NCBI GenBank assembly: GCA_031763465.1
Contig: JARFOE010000176.1
Coordinates: 7,991,003-8,034,541, forward strand
From: Squatina squatina
Taxonomy: Eukaryota
Direction: 5' to 3'
Length of the DNA stretch: 43,539 bases
Below the pieces are notes generated by a model that did not search any database, had not been told where the DNA came from, and worked only from the letters and a program-made list of their open reading frames with translations. Below are positions 23,518-34,503 of this stretch, piece by piece. The stretch's first letter is position 1. Every line of letters starts with the position of its first letter. The position numbers and the translations under genes are program-made.

Positions 23518-25047
23518 NNNNNNNNNNNNNNNNNNNNNNNNNNNNNNNNNNNNNNNNNNNNNNNNNNNNNNNNNNNNNNNNNNNNNNNNNNNNNNNNNNN
23601 NNNNNNNNNNNNNNNNNTACTTACTCTGTATCTCTTACGCAGAGGTTGATTTTCGTACTTAATTCATATGGGAATTTTGTATTGCAGGATTTTTCAGCAA
23701 CCTATTGTCCACTGAAGAAAGGATATAGTTAATTTTGTTTTGGTAAACTTTATATATTTAATAGATTTATTAAAATAAGTGTAAGTCCAGAACTCTGCAA
23801 ATTCTCCACATAAAAGATGGCAAATAAACTGAAAACCTTCACTGTGATGCAAGTGAAGTCTCTCAAAGCATGTTTGAATTTGTTACTTGAGCCAATCAGA
23901 AAAGCTGCACAATTTTTTTTCTGCTACAGACAAATTTTATTTCCCAGTCTGAACGTTTAATGTGTGAAGTGCTATCTATATGTATATATTACAATAAAAG
24001 TAGGCAATGTCCACCATTTGTAGTATATTTGGAATATTATAGACTACAATTCAATGAGAGGTCAGCAAGACATGATGTATATACATATGTGTGGTGCACC
24101 CCAGATCGTGGTTTGCTGGGCATTTCACAGGCACACTCTTGCACTGCAGACACACCTTGAATGAAGAAGGAATGGCAGTATCCAGAGAATTGTATGCTAT
24201 GTGCTGATTTGCTTTGAAGTACTTATTGTAGATTGAAACTCCCATAACAAAGAGAAGTAATATCTTCAAAAACAGTACAGCATTTGATGTGGGGGAGAAT
24301 AATGGCTAGAAAATGCAAGTGCCTGTGACCTTTGTGGGAGCTGCATCTTATGCCAGCAGCAGTCAACTATGAACCACGTCCCTGTTTGAAAAGAACATGA
24401 AGCAGGTGTTGACAAATGACACCTTGCTACTGTTACTGCTGTGCAGGAATTAACATGAAGACCAGAAGATAGCATTAATTATCAGTGTGGTTCAGTACGG
24501 TCTCTTAAATATATTGTAATGTGTTGTTGGAGAAACTGTAAACCTATTAATGTTCAGTTCCAAAATATAAAATGTAATGGTGAAATATTTTATTTGATAG
24601 TGCTGTTATTGTGCAGGTACTGGTTCAACATTGGTACCTGCTTTAGAAGGTAGGAGCTGTCATACCAACAATTGCATGCTCTATAGTCAGGCAAAGAAGA
24701 GCACTGCATATGTGTATATGCATGCATGCACAACACTTCACTCACTGGTGTCCAAATACTAGTTAAATTTTTAATATTAGTGAACAGCTAACATTAAAAA
24801 GGCATAAAAAGTTGAAAGGCAGTAGTTGAGCTATAGAAATATTGAGAGTGCAGTTACACTTGCCAGAATTTGACGCGCCATCAGATAAGCAATGCCATTT
24901 GCAAGTTACACTGCAGGTTTTGTATCAATATGACATAATGGATACGTTACGTCAGTGCAAAAACTGCAGTATTATAAGAATATTAGAATCTTGGCTTTAT
25001 AGAAGATGGTTTTATTATTTTTATTAATTTCATATCTTTAGGAATAA

Positions 25048-25593
25048 AGGGGGCGAAGTTGCCCCTCGGCCCCATTTGGGGCAGTAACTCTCCGGGGCTG
25101 GGACTTTTAGCACCCAGCCCAGAAGTCCTGCCCCTGATGCAAAATGGTCCTTACCATCCTGGAAATGAGACGGAGTGCTTTCCGCTTCAGTTCCGGGGTG
25201 GTGTCAGGGCGGGAGCACGGCACTGAGTTCAGCTACACTCAAACACCACTCCCCTCTAATTAAAGGGTAGGGCTGCTGCACACTCTACAGCGCACCCCTA
25301 TGGCCGCCACTGGGCCACCAGGGATGCGATTGACCGGGCCAGCAGCCGGCACGTGAGGGCTGCCATCGGTCGGCTGACCAAAGAGTTGGATTACACAAAA
25401 AAATGGTGGCTGCCGGCGCTAACCGTCCTCCCCATTAAGGGGCTGAGACAACAGCAGCTTGCACCTCCGGGACTCCTTGAGGAATTTTCCGGCAGGTGAG
25501 ATCACCATCTCGCCCCGCCGATTTTTACTTTTTCACCCCGTTCGCGTCCCTTGGAGGCACTAATGGACAAAAAAAGGGGGAATTTCAGCCCCT
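25048..25593. mobile_element. PIF/Harbinger-type MITE
   Basis: Imperfect 19-bp TIRs (agggggcgaagttgcccct versus reverse complement aggggctgaaattccccct, 15/19) flanked on both sides by TAA (25045-47, 25594-96); GC-rich non-coding interior. Confidence 0.75.
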
Positions 25594-26509
25594 TAAACTT
25601 TCCTTTTGAGCACCCATATTATGATCAGTTATCTGATGATCATGTATCTGATAAGATTACAAGTAATATTTTTGTTCCAACATGTGATGTCAAGAGCATT
25701 GGGCTGCTTTATTAAAATAGTAAAGGGCAATTTTTGAGCTGTGATTTACTGGATTTGTCTTCTCCATGTAGCTATATGAAACTGATCTGGCATGTGTTTT
25801 TTTCATAATTTTGTAAATTTTCATGTAGACATTGTACAGGTAATACAATATGAATGTTAATCATTAATCGCATAAAAATGATATACGTACTTGGACTCAA
25901 CTCGATATACTCCAAGGATTAAATGACATTTGAAGTTGTACCATCCTCACAATGCTTACAGGATCATAAATCCCTAAATCCACAGGGCCAATTAAGGGGC
26001 ATCCAAAAAAACAGTGAAGTCTGAGTTAACAGGATCAGGTGAAGGCATTACCAGAAAGTATATAAATGCTCATCACTGTCGTCTTTTGTATGGACGTATT
26101 TGATTGCCTTTTATGCCTTGTTAAAACTGTATAATACAATAACACTATAATAAACACTTGTTTGGATCTGCACTTTTGATGGAAACTAACTTAAGCTTCA
26201 GGCTTTCAAATATTTTATANNNNNNNNNNNNNNNNNNNNNNNNNNNNNNNNNNNNNNNNNNNNNNNNNNNNNNNNNNNNNNNNNNNNNNNNNNNNNNNNN
26301 NNNNNNNNNNNNNNNNNNNTTTCTGCTCTGTGTTTCTATTTCTCCTTCCCCCCTCCCCTCCCCTCCCCCCCACACCACCACCATCCTAAAGAGGTCACAG
26401 TGGGTTCCCCAGGAATATTCCGAAAATGTGCTCTTTTTGGAGGAAGAAAAGGAGAAGCAACAAAGGGAGTACAGACTTGTCCAGCAGAATAAGAGGCACA
26501 CAGCACTTG

Positions 26510-27115
26510 CCCATCAATACCCCCACAGTAGATTATACAAACCGAGGCTGTCCTACCTCCACTTGACACAGGAGAGGTGCTTATGAGGGCAGCATTTCAC
26601 AAAGAAAAGCCATCAGAGTTAATGTCGCATGGGTCAACGCAACCTATAGTCTACCTCCACCACTTTGAGTAACCACAAAGAGTCACAGTCGCCTTGGAAC
26701 TTTTTTTGCAGTATGATCATTGCAGGCTGCCACTAGGAATATCAGTAACCTACAGTAATCAATTGTGCACAGCTGCATAAAGTCACAGATGCATAGTTTG
26801 CTAAAGCAAGTCAGTTCATTGCCTTCCCCAGCAACATGACAAGCCACTGCAATTTCACAGAGTTGCAGGATCCTCAAAGGTCCAAAGAGCCATAAATTGT
26901 ACACACGTGGCCAACCTTGCTATCTTCACCTCCGTCAATAGGAAAAGATTCCACTCTCTGAATCTACAGCTCCTTTGCAACCATCAGCAGCTTTGCAATA
27001 TACAAGTCAGTGGCCACTTCTCAGGTAGCTAGCACAGTGCCTTAATTTAAGGCAGTCCACCAGGAAATTGGTCACTTGCCTCAGACAGCTGTTTGGCTTA
27101 TATTGCTGATGTCCG
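26510..27115 (+). pseudogene. Degenerate PIF/Harbinger (HARBI1-like DDE) transposase
   Basis: Collinear motifs with stops and frameshifts: RLYKPRLSYLHLTQERCL*, VTVAL..FFA, KVTDA*FAKASQFIAFP, FHRVAGSSKVQRAINCTHVA (consensus GFPxVxGAIDCTHV), VNRKRFHSLNLQLLCNH (NRKGxHSxNVQxVCD), SGS*HSA (PGSxHDA). Confidence 0.8.
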
Positions 27116-29183
27116 CAATAGTAGTCTGTAATGAAGCCGCTGCATGAAAGTTAAGGGCAACTGTGACTTTGGCAGTCATTGGTTGAGTTGTGCCTGTGAA
27201 TGAGCTTCACTTCAGGTCAGTGTGGAGCATGTTGCACAACTGTTATGGTATTCCTTATAAATTGCAGTATCTAAAGGCACTGTTCCTTTGACAAATGGAA
27301 GTATCCATGCAACTGCCCATAGATTCTGGTATGGTAGTGCCAATGGTTGGGTGCAGAGTGTCTTTGGTGAAGCCTGACCTTCCTGGCATCTCCCTAGTGA
27401 TCCTCTTCTTCCTCTAAAAAGCACAGATTTACCATTTGGAATCGAACTATTGCAGCTAATGGGAAAAAAGGCTGCACCACAACAGTTGGTACAAAGGCTG
27501 CTAAATACCTCAGTGACAAAACAAAAAAAAACCCTAGAAAAACAATTGAGAACTGTCTTGGAAATTAGAAATGTTATTTGCACATTGATGCAAAAATAGA
27601 TTCATACATAGGTTATTGTTGAGAAGCGATGATGATGCTTTACATGTTTAATACATACATGGGTGTTTCTGGGATACTCTGCCACTGGATGCAGCCTAAC
27701 TAAGGAAAGCTTCCAAACTGCATTTCTGCCAGCTTTCAAACTCCTACTGAATAGTTTGTGTGAAAGGTCTAAATGTAATTACAGTACTATGGTGCATCAA
27801 CCTTAAAACTTCCTCTGATGCAAAGTATATTTTACTTGCTGGGTATAAGGAATACTTAAATCTTTCCCATACAGTTTCTAATGTTCCTCTTGCAAGAGTC
27901 CTGCAGAATTTTCCCCAAACACAAATACTTTAAATGCACAGATGGTGGTGTACATGTGGGAGTGAAACCATTTTGTGCATAATGCAGGTATCCATTCTCT
28001 TTGTCCTTTCTGAATGCAAGATTAAATTAACAGTTTGTAGCACACAAATGTCTTACTGTTATAATACTGGTAATTCTGTGAGCTTATAAAAACACAAAAA
28101 CAGTTCTTCATTGGTATTTTCCAAATTAACTGAAAAATGCCAAGCGTATAATATTTAGTGAACTGTTAACTATAAAAAAGGTCCGATTATACTACACCCA
28201 CGGATTTGCCCATTTGAAACTAATGAACAATGACACTTTATCAATCTGAAAGTGCTCTTGTATCTTAAGCTATCTATAGAAACTTTGTAAATTCAAACTG
28301 ACTGGAATCAAGCATGCAGACGGGACTGAGCAAATATCACAAAGATCGACTAAATTTAAGTTCCCTGTTTTGATTTCGATTGATTGATCAGTAATAGATG
28401 TATACTTGTCACAACATGCTAACTGCTGCACTGATATTTACACATCCTTGTCTCACTGTGTTCTGCTCAGCAATTAAGACACATTTTCAAAACTGAATTG
28501 TTGATTTCAACTGAATCTGTATAACAAAAAATTCACACTTTTCAATTTTAGTCAACAGTTCTCTGATAGTAACTTTACCAACAATTAGAATACTTATTTT
28601 GTCAGCAAATATGATTTAAAAAATTGAAGACGATGGTTACACGTATGAGCTCACTTAAAGATTGATATTCTTAAAAGAAAAGTATAGATACGCAAAATAC
28701 ATTTCACAGATATTACGTATTTTCAAATTGAAAGTTATAAACAATCACAATAATCTAAATACACCAACTGGAAAATACTGAATAGTTGTCTCTCTGTGAC
28801 TTCATTTTGGTCGATGTTGCTCTGTGCTTGGAAAACAGCTCAGGTGACCTTGACTGCAGACTGGACCCGAACTAATTTCTTGAACGGAGCTAACAGTCCT
28901 TTGCGTAAACAACCAGATCATTTTGTCAAAAAGGGGGAACAATGCTATCGTTTTTTTTGTATAGCACTGTAATGATAAATGTAGTTTCAGTTTCAAGCCT
29001 AAAACAACAGCTAAATATTTGATCTCAGTATTATTACACTGGGCATTAACTCCTATTTTTTTCTGGATATGAGCTGTCAATATTGTAAGCCTTTAAAAAA
29101 AGTTATAGCTTCTTAATTGCCCAATGTGTACTTATGCATCACCACATGAGAGGTCAGCCAGCTCTACTTATTTTTATTCACAG

Positions 29184-29383
29184 GTGACTGGTTGAAAAGC
29201 ATTCTGGTGACTCACAATTACTCTGATATTTTATTGACCTCTGAGAACATTGCCACTATATATGTGAATACTGCATTGAGGAGGCCAGCTTTGCTGAAAA
29301 ACTTTTTGTAAAACTTCTTGGACATTGGCTTTATGTTGTTTGGTGCTCTGGACATTCCTGGAAGACTTCTCCTGCCATTTATA
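29184..29383 (+). other. Candidate upstream exon of the membrane-protein gene (5' UTR, possibly with start of CDS)
   Basis: Strong acceptor tttttattcacag| and donor |gtgagt. No frame is open throughout; ATG at 29333 would give MLFGALDIPGRLLLPFI in phase 0, which does not join directly to the phase-1 TM exon. Confidence 0.3.
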
Positions 29384-29390
29384 GTGAGTA

Positions 29391-29507
29391 ATAGAAACAT
29401 AGAAAATAGGTGCAGGAGAAGGCCATTCGTCCCTTCGAGCCTGCACCGCCATTCAACACAATCATGGCTGATCTTTCAACTCAGTACCCCGTACCTGCTT
29501 TCTCTCC
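29391..29507 (-). mobile_element. CR1 LINE 3' tail
   Basis: atagaaacatagaaaataggtgcaggagaaggccattcgtcccttcgagcctgcaccgccattcaa, closely similar to 43455-43539. Confidence 0.8.
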
Positions 29508-30394
29508 NNNNNNNNNNNNNNNNNNNNNNNNNNNNNNNNNNNNNNNNNNNNNNNNNNNNNNNNNNNNNNNNNNNNNNNNNNNNNNNNNNNNNNNNNNNNN
29601 NNNNNNNTGGAGTGGGCCAGTGACAATGTAGCGAGTGGAGGATGCAAGCAAACCCACATTGTACATTTTCCTTGTTTATAAAACTCTTTCAGCGCACAGT
29701 GAAATTTGAAAGATTTTGGAGGGACAGGAAAAGGGGAAAAGATTTGTTTCAGGTGCTGCTCTGTTTATTTGTAAATCATTTTTCCCATCATTTGTGCTTC
29801 TCTGGGTATTCTTCCCCCTGTATTGTTATCTGCTTTAGTGTTACATTAGGGCCTGGGATTTAATCAGATTTCTTTTTTTCTATTCTGTGCATCTTACATT
29901 GAGAAAACCCTCCAAATATCTCCTCTCGTCAGCTGGTTACTTGCAGATTTTAGTATTCGTTCCTCTCTTGTCTTTCTACATCTTGGATTTCATGCCTGTG
30001 TTTGTTAAATTTATGTCGGCCTCTTTTTCGCTTTTAGGTTCTTTTTTCAGTTCCTCCATCTGTGTGATGTCTTTGCAACGAGATCTTCCCCCGTCATTTT
30101 CAGGTGCAATTGACCTTTTTTGGGTCATGCCATTTTTTTAAGCTGAAGGTTTCAGCCAAGGTGAAGCTGTTATCAATAAGGTTAGTCAGGCACCTGGATA
30201 AAAATTGAGGACAAATTATAATGGCAATTTTTGCTAACGGTACCTGGTTCATTTGCGAGACCTTTAAGATGTTCTGTGAAGTTCTTGGCATCTGACCATT
30301 GCAAGGACATCAATGCACTCAAGACGGTTTAGAAACGAACAACAATGATGACTGCGGGATTTAAGGATCTAAGTTATGCATACTGACTTACTGA

Positions 30395-30920
30395 GCTGAA
30401 CTTATTTTTAATGGAGAAAAGAAGACTGAGGGGGGACATAAGCCAACTCTTTAAAATGTTCAAAGGCGTAGGCAATGTAAAGTTAAACAAGCTATTTAAC
30501 TTGGACTGTAAGTCCAGAATTTAGAGGACACAAATGCAAAATTAAGCTCCAAGCAAAACTATGGAATAGAAGATTGTTTTCCCCCCATAGAGGAGCGGTT
30601 ATTTAAACAGACCCGTATTTAAAACAGCAGTATTGATTGTGTCCTTCAGGAAAGAGCTGGTTAATATTTGGTAGGGACCTGGAGTGAAAGCTATAGGAAT
30701 AAATATAGACAAAATTATATCCGTGAAAGCAGCAGATTAGACGTGAATAAATGAATTACACTTCACACCCACACACTTTTTATATGGAGGCAGAGAGGGA
30801 AGGGAGTCATTCTCTAAATTGGTTAGAATCAGTGATCGAGAAATTGTATATGGTATGTGGAGCAGCAGGCTTGATGGCCAAAATGGCCTTTGCTTATCCG
30901 TGCTTTCTTATATTGTTTTT
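30395..30920 (+). mobile_element. Old CR1 LINE 3' end
   Basis: MEKRRLRGDI..LFKMFKG and RGH motif (CR1 RT C-terminus), ending with tail-like gcaggcttgatggccaaaatggcct...tttcttatattgtt. Confidence 0.65.
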
Positions 30921-30929
30921 CCCATGCAG

Positions 30930-31026
30930 AACAGTTTACCGCAATTTCGTTTATTGGAATCCTTGTCATACTGATTCTCATCGTTGCTCTATGCCTTGCC
31001 ATCTGCTGCCTTTGTCATAGAGAAAG
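30930..31026 (+). CDS. Uncharacterised single-pass membrane protein, transmembrane exon (positional equivalent of C1orf185)
   Basis: cag|...|gtatga; 97 nt, phase 1 to phase 2; xQFTAISFIGILVILILIVALCLAICCLCHRE(R): hydrophobic helix followed by a Cys cluster and basic residues. Confidence 0.72.
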
Positions 31027-31158
31027 GTATGAGATTTTCCCCTGTATTATATTGCAAAATAATCATTTTATATATCCTGTATAAGGAAATCACTGGTAAT
31101 GTAAATATAGCTAGAATAAATAAATATTTGCCATTCTCTCTCTTTGCCAACTTTTCAG

Positions 31159-31276
31159 AAAACGCCATCGTATTTTCAAACAAATGAGAAGTTCAGAGGT
31201 TTGTTTAAACCCGTTACCAGTTACTTGTGCATCAAAGTCTCCATGCTCTTCAAACCCGCATACTGAAGAATATCAG
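31159..31276 (+). CDS. Same membrane protein, juxtamembrane cytoplasmic exon
   Basis: cttttcag| acceptor in the correct phase: (R)KRHRIFKQMRSSEVCLNPLPVTCASKSPCSSNPHTEEYQ|gtagtg. The 3' boundary is uncertain (alternative donor at 31199; frame open to TGA at 31337-31339). Confidence 0.55.
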
Positions 31277-31525
31277 GTAGTGACTACTGGAAATATTTTA
31301 AAAGATATAACATCTGTCAACATTTATTTTTATTTCTGAAATCAAAAGAAAAAACCTTTTAATTGAGATATGGTCTAAGTTATATTGATTGACTTTAGAA
31401 AAGGTAAATATTCTTTGCAGTGTCNNNNNNNNNNNNNNNNNNNNNNNNNNNNNNNNNNNNNNNNNNNNNNNNNNNNNNNNNNNNNNNNNNNNNNNNNNNN
31501 NNNNNNNNNNNNNNNNNNNNNNNNT

Positions 31526-31891
31526 TCAATACTTCTGGATAAGTCCCAGACTGATGACTTAAGTCACAGTAGCAATGTAAAAGAAAGCACCAGTGGATCT
31601 TCTTACCAAAATACTTCTCTGTCAGCTTCTGAACAACATTCCAAAATTGAGTTAGAAAATAAATGTGGGTTTCAACATTGTAAAAGTAACTCAACGGATG
31701 TGGAACCTTCTTTGACTTCTGTTGAAAATTCGACAAGAAACTGTTCTAGTCTTGTTTCACAGGAGATTATTCATTTTGATTCGCAAATCCCGTCATTGGT
31801 GGGTGACTGTTACTGTGCAGAGGATAAAGAACCATGTAGCAAAACTACTACAGTTAGATATGTGTTTACTGATAGTGAAACTGAATTTTAA
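31526..31891 (+). CDS. Ser/Thr-rich terminal coding exon, probably of the same gene (5' end in gap)
   Basis: 121 open codons in AT-rich DNA (SILLDKSQTDD...VRYVFTDSETEF*), followed by AATAAA at 31980-31985 and 32019-32024. Confidence 0.6.
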   Translation, partial: SILLDKSQTDDLSHSSNVKESTSGSSYQNTSLSASEQHSKIELENKCGFQHCKSNSTDVEPSLTSVENSTRNCSSLVSQEIIHFDSQIPSLVGDCYCAEDKEPCSKTTTVRYVFTDSETEF

Positions 31892-32084
31892 ATACTGCTA
31901 TTGTAGCTAAAAAAAATATACGTAAATCACTGAACTAAAATCAGTTTTATTGTATGGCTTAGGTAGAAGCAATTAAGGGAATAAAACTATTTTATTCTAC
32001 TGACAGCCAACAAAGACAAATAAAAATCAACTAGTTTTACATTTTACAGTATTCAGGGCTTGAATGTGTCTCTTGTGACTTGAT

Positions 32085-32332
32085 AACTAGAACTGGACAT
32101 TGTGCTCAATGTGTGGTCTGACCAGAACTGGACACAGTACTCANNNNNNNNNNNNNNNNNNNNNNNNNNNNNNNNNNNNNNNNNNNNNNNNNNNNNNNNN
32201 NNNNNNNNNNNNNNNNNNNNNNNNNNNNNNNNNNNNNNNNNNNATATCCCTTGATTCCCTTAAGATCCAAAAATCTATCGATCTCTGTCTTAAATATACT
32301 CAACGACTGAGCCTCCACAGCCCTCTGGGGTT
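32085..32332 (-). mobile_element. CR1 LINE fragments on both sides of a gap
   Basis: agaactggaca..gtgctcaatgtgtggtctgacca and MEAQSLSIFKTEIDRFLDLKGIKGY (CR1 RT C-terminus). Confidence 0.75.
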
Positions 32333-32898
32333 GAAATAATGCACGGTTAGCTAAATAACATTTCTTTACAAGACAACTGTGATACTCTTGTTTTCATTCC
32401 GAGGAGACCGACTGATTGCAATATTCCACAAATCCGTGCTGTACAGGATGACTGCAGTGAAAATTCTTGTGTGAGGGAGCAAAAACTGGTCTTCCCACGA
32501 CATAGCAAGAGTGGTGCAGTCATTTATCGACTTTGTGAGCCTGAAGCTGTACCCAAGGACTAGATATGAAGTGGTAGGTCACAAAATGTGAATCACTGAA
32601 CTTAAGTCATATTAACGGAGTGGTACTGGAGTTCCATTTTACTCTGTTAGTCTTTATCAATGGGAGTGAAGACAAAATATAAAATAATTTTTAAACTTTT
32701 TTTTCTCTAAGGTATAAAAAATAAAATGTTTACTGATGTTTCTATTTTGTCAAAAATTAGACAAAATGAGTTATTGTATATGTGTGTTATTGATTCCAGT
32801 GCCCAGTGCAGAGAATTAACTAGAGGGTGAAATTCCTCTTTTAACATAAAACAGGAGTGTGCCAATTTTTTCTCCTTAATTAATGACCTGTCATCAAT

Positions 32899-32979
32899 TA
32901 GCCATGGCTCAGTGGTAGCACTCTCGCCTCTGAGTCAGAAGGTTGAGCACTCCAGAGACTTGAGCACAAAATCTCGGCT
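32899..32979 (+). mobile_element. Deu-domain SINE 5' head, cut by gap
   Basis: agccatggctcagtggtagcactctcgcctctgagtcagaaggttg is a tRNA-derived head with A box. Confidence 0.7.
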
Positions 32980-33180
32980 NNNNNNNNNNNNNNNNNNNNN
33001 NNNNNNNNNNNNNNNNNNNNNNNNNNNNNNNNNNNNNNNNNNNNNNNNNNNNNNNNNNNNNNNNNNNNNNNNNNNNNNNACTCCAGAATTATCATTCCCA
33101 TTGTATTAAACAGGAAAGAATATTAGCATGGACACACTGTAGATTTTACAGTCTGTGTCCAATCTTTGCCCATCATCTCT

Positions 33181-33605
33181 GGGTAGCACTCTCACCTCTG
33201 GGTCAGAAGGTTGTGAGTTCAAGTCTCAATCCAAAGACTTAAGTACAAAAATCTAGGCTGTACTGAAGGAGTCCTGCGCTGTTGGAGGTGCTGCCTTTCG
33301 GATGAGACTTTAAACCGAGGCCCCCTCTTCTCTCAGGTGGATTTAAAAGATCAAATGGCACTATTTTGATGAGTAGGTGAGTTATCCCTGGTGGCTTGGC
33401 CTATATTTATCCGTCAATAAACATAACTAAAACAGATTATCAAGTCATTGTAACATTGCTGTTTGTGGGAGCTTGCTGTGCATATATTTGCTGCTGGATT
33501 TCCCAAATTGCAACAGTGACTACACTTCAAAAGTACTTCCTTGGGTGTAAAGTGCCTTATGAGGTCCCGAGGTTGTGAAAGGTGCTATGTAAATGCAAGT
33601 CTTTC
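33181..33605 (+). mobile_element. Near full-length tRNA-derived Deu-domain SINE (SacSINE1-like)
   Basis: tRNA head with B box (gagttcaagtc), Deu core (gtactgaaggag...tttcggatgagactttaaaccgaggcccc...aaaagatc..atggcactattt) and L2-like tail (aaaggtgctatgtaaatgcaagtcttt). Confidence 0.85.
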
Positions 33606-33824
33606 TTTTGACATTTCATCCTAAACATCATTGCTAAATTGCTGGATGGTTAACAGCCCTGTGAACATAATGCTGCCAAAACTGGGAAAATTACATTTAT
33701 AATAAAAAGTTATGAGATACACCATCCATTTAAGCAGATGACGAGGAATGTGTTATTTTCAAATCGACAAACATCAAAAGAGGCGCCACAATGTTTTGAA
33801 ATGAATTGAGTGGGCAGTGGGGTC

Positions 33825-34369
33825 TCGGTGAACCCAATCCTGCCACATTACCGGCGGCTTCCTTCTGAGTGATCTCAACAATCTTCGATGATGTTGACGG
33901 GTGACGTAATACGCAAATAGGCCCAGACTGAGGCGCAGGGAAGTGGAGAGCGAAAGGGGAAAAGCTGCAGCTGTTCGGCGGTGGGAGCAGGCTTATAGTT
34001 GGCCTCTGCTGTCAGGCAGGAGGACATTTGGCGAATGATTAATAAACAGTTTGTTTTCCTGTTTTAATTAAAAGCTGCTCGTCCGCCAGCGGTCTGTGGA
34101 TTGTCCGTGTTTCTCATCCCCGCCCCTGAATATCAGGGCGCTTGTTTTTCGGTGCGAGAGAGAGAGAGAGAAAAATCAACAAGAAGTGAGCGGCCTTGTT
34201 TCCGAGAAGAAGGCAATGTTCTGTTTTTGGTGGTAAAAAGAAAGGAAGCGACGTCCCCCATAAAGAATCGTTCGTCGGTTTCTTTGACATCGTTTTCCGT
34301 TTTTACCTCCCTCTCTCTCTCCCGGGTCACGCAGTAATGGTAAACACGGTGTAATATTGAAGGAGAAAT
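33825..34369 (+). promoter_or_regulatory. RNF11 promoter / 5' UTR CpG-rich region
   Basis: CpG-rich; ATF/CRE-like TGACGTAA at 33902-33909; (GA)n run near 34156-34171; directly upstream of the RNF11 ATG. Confidence 0.7.
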
Positions 34370-34503
34370 ATGGGAAATTGTTTGAAATCTCCTACGTCTG
34401 ATGACNNNNNNNNNNTGACATTTCTTTGCTCCATGAGTCTTCTGACCGGGCGAGCTACGGAGACGGCACCGAAATAGACCAGGAGCCGCCGCCGCCATAT
34501 CAG
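34370..34503 (+). CDS. RNF11: RING finger protein 11, exon 1
   Basis: MGNCLKSPTSDD[10-N gap with duplicated tgac]ISLLHESSDRASYGDGTEIDQEPPPPYQ|gtttgc; Gly2/Cys4 acylation sites and PY motif present. Confidence 0.95.

Noticed and set aside
23688-23730. cag|GA TTT TTC AGC AAC CTA (GFFSNLL), resembling the C1orf185 N-terminus GFFNYL
   Set aside because: No GT donor before the in-frame TAG, and the match is too short to be meaningful.
21810-31412. IDYRKGKY (21.8 kb, -) and IDFRKGKY (31.4 kb, +) similarity in the ORF track
   Set aside because: Only about 24 nt with no extension on either side; most likely chance.
32899-33230. tRNA-like A/B boxes as tRNA genes
   Set aside because: They are SINE heads continuing into the Deu domain; no complete cloverleaf.
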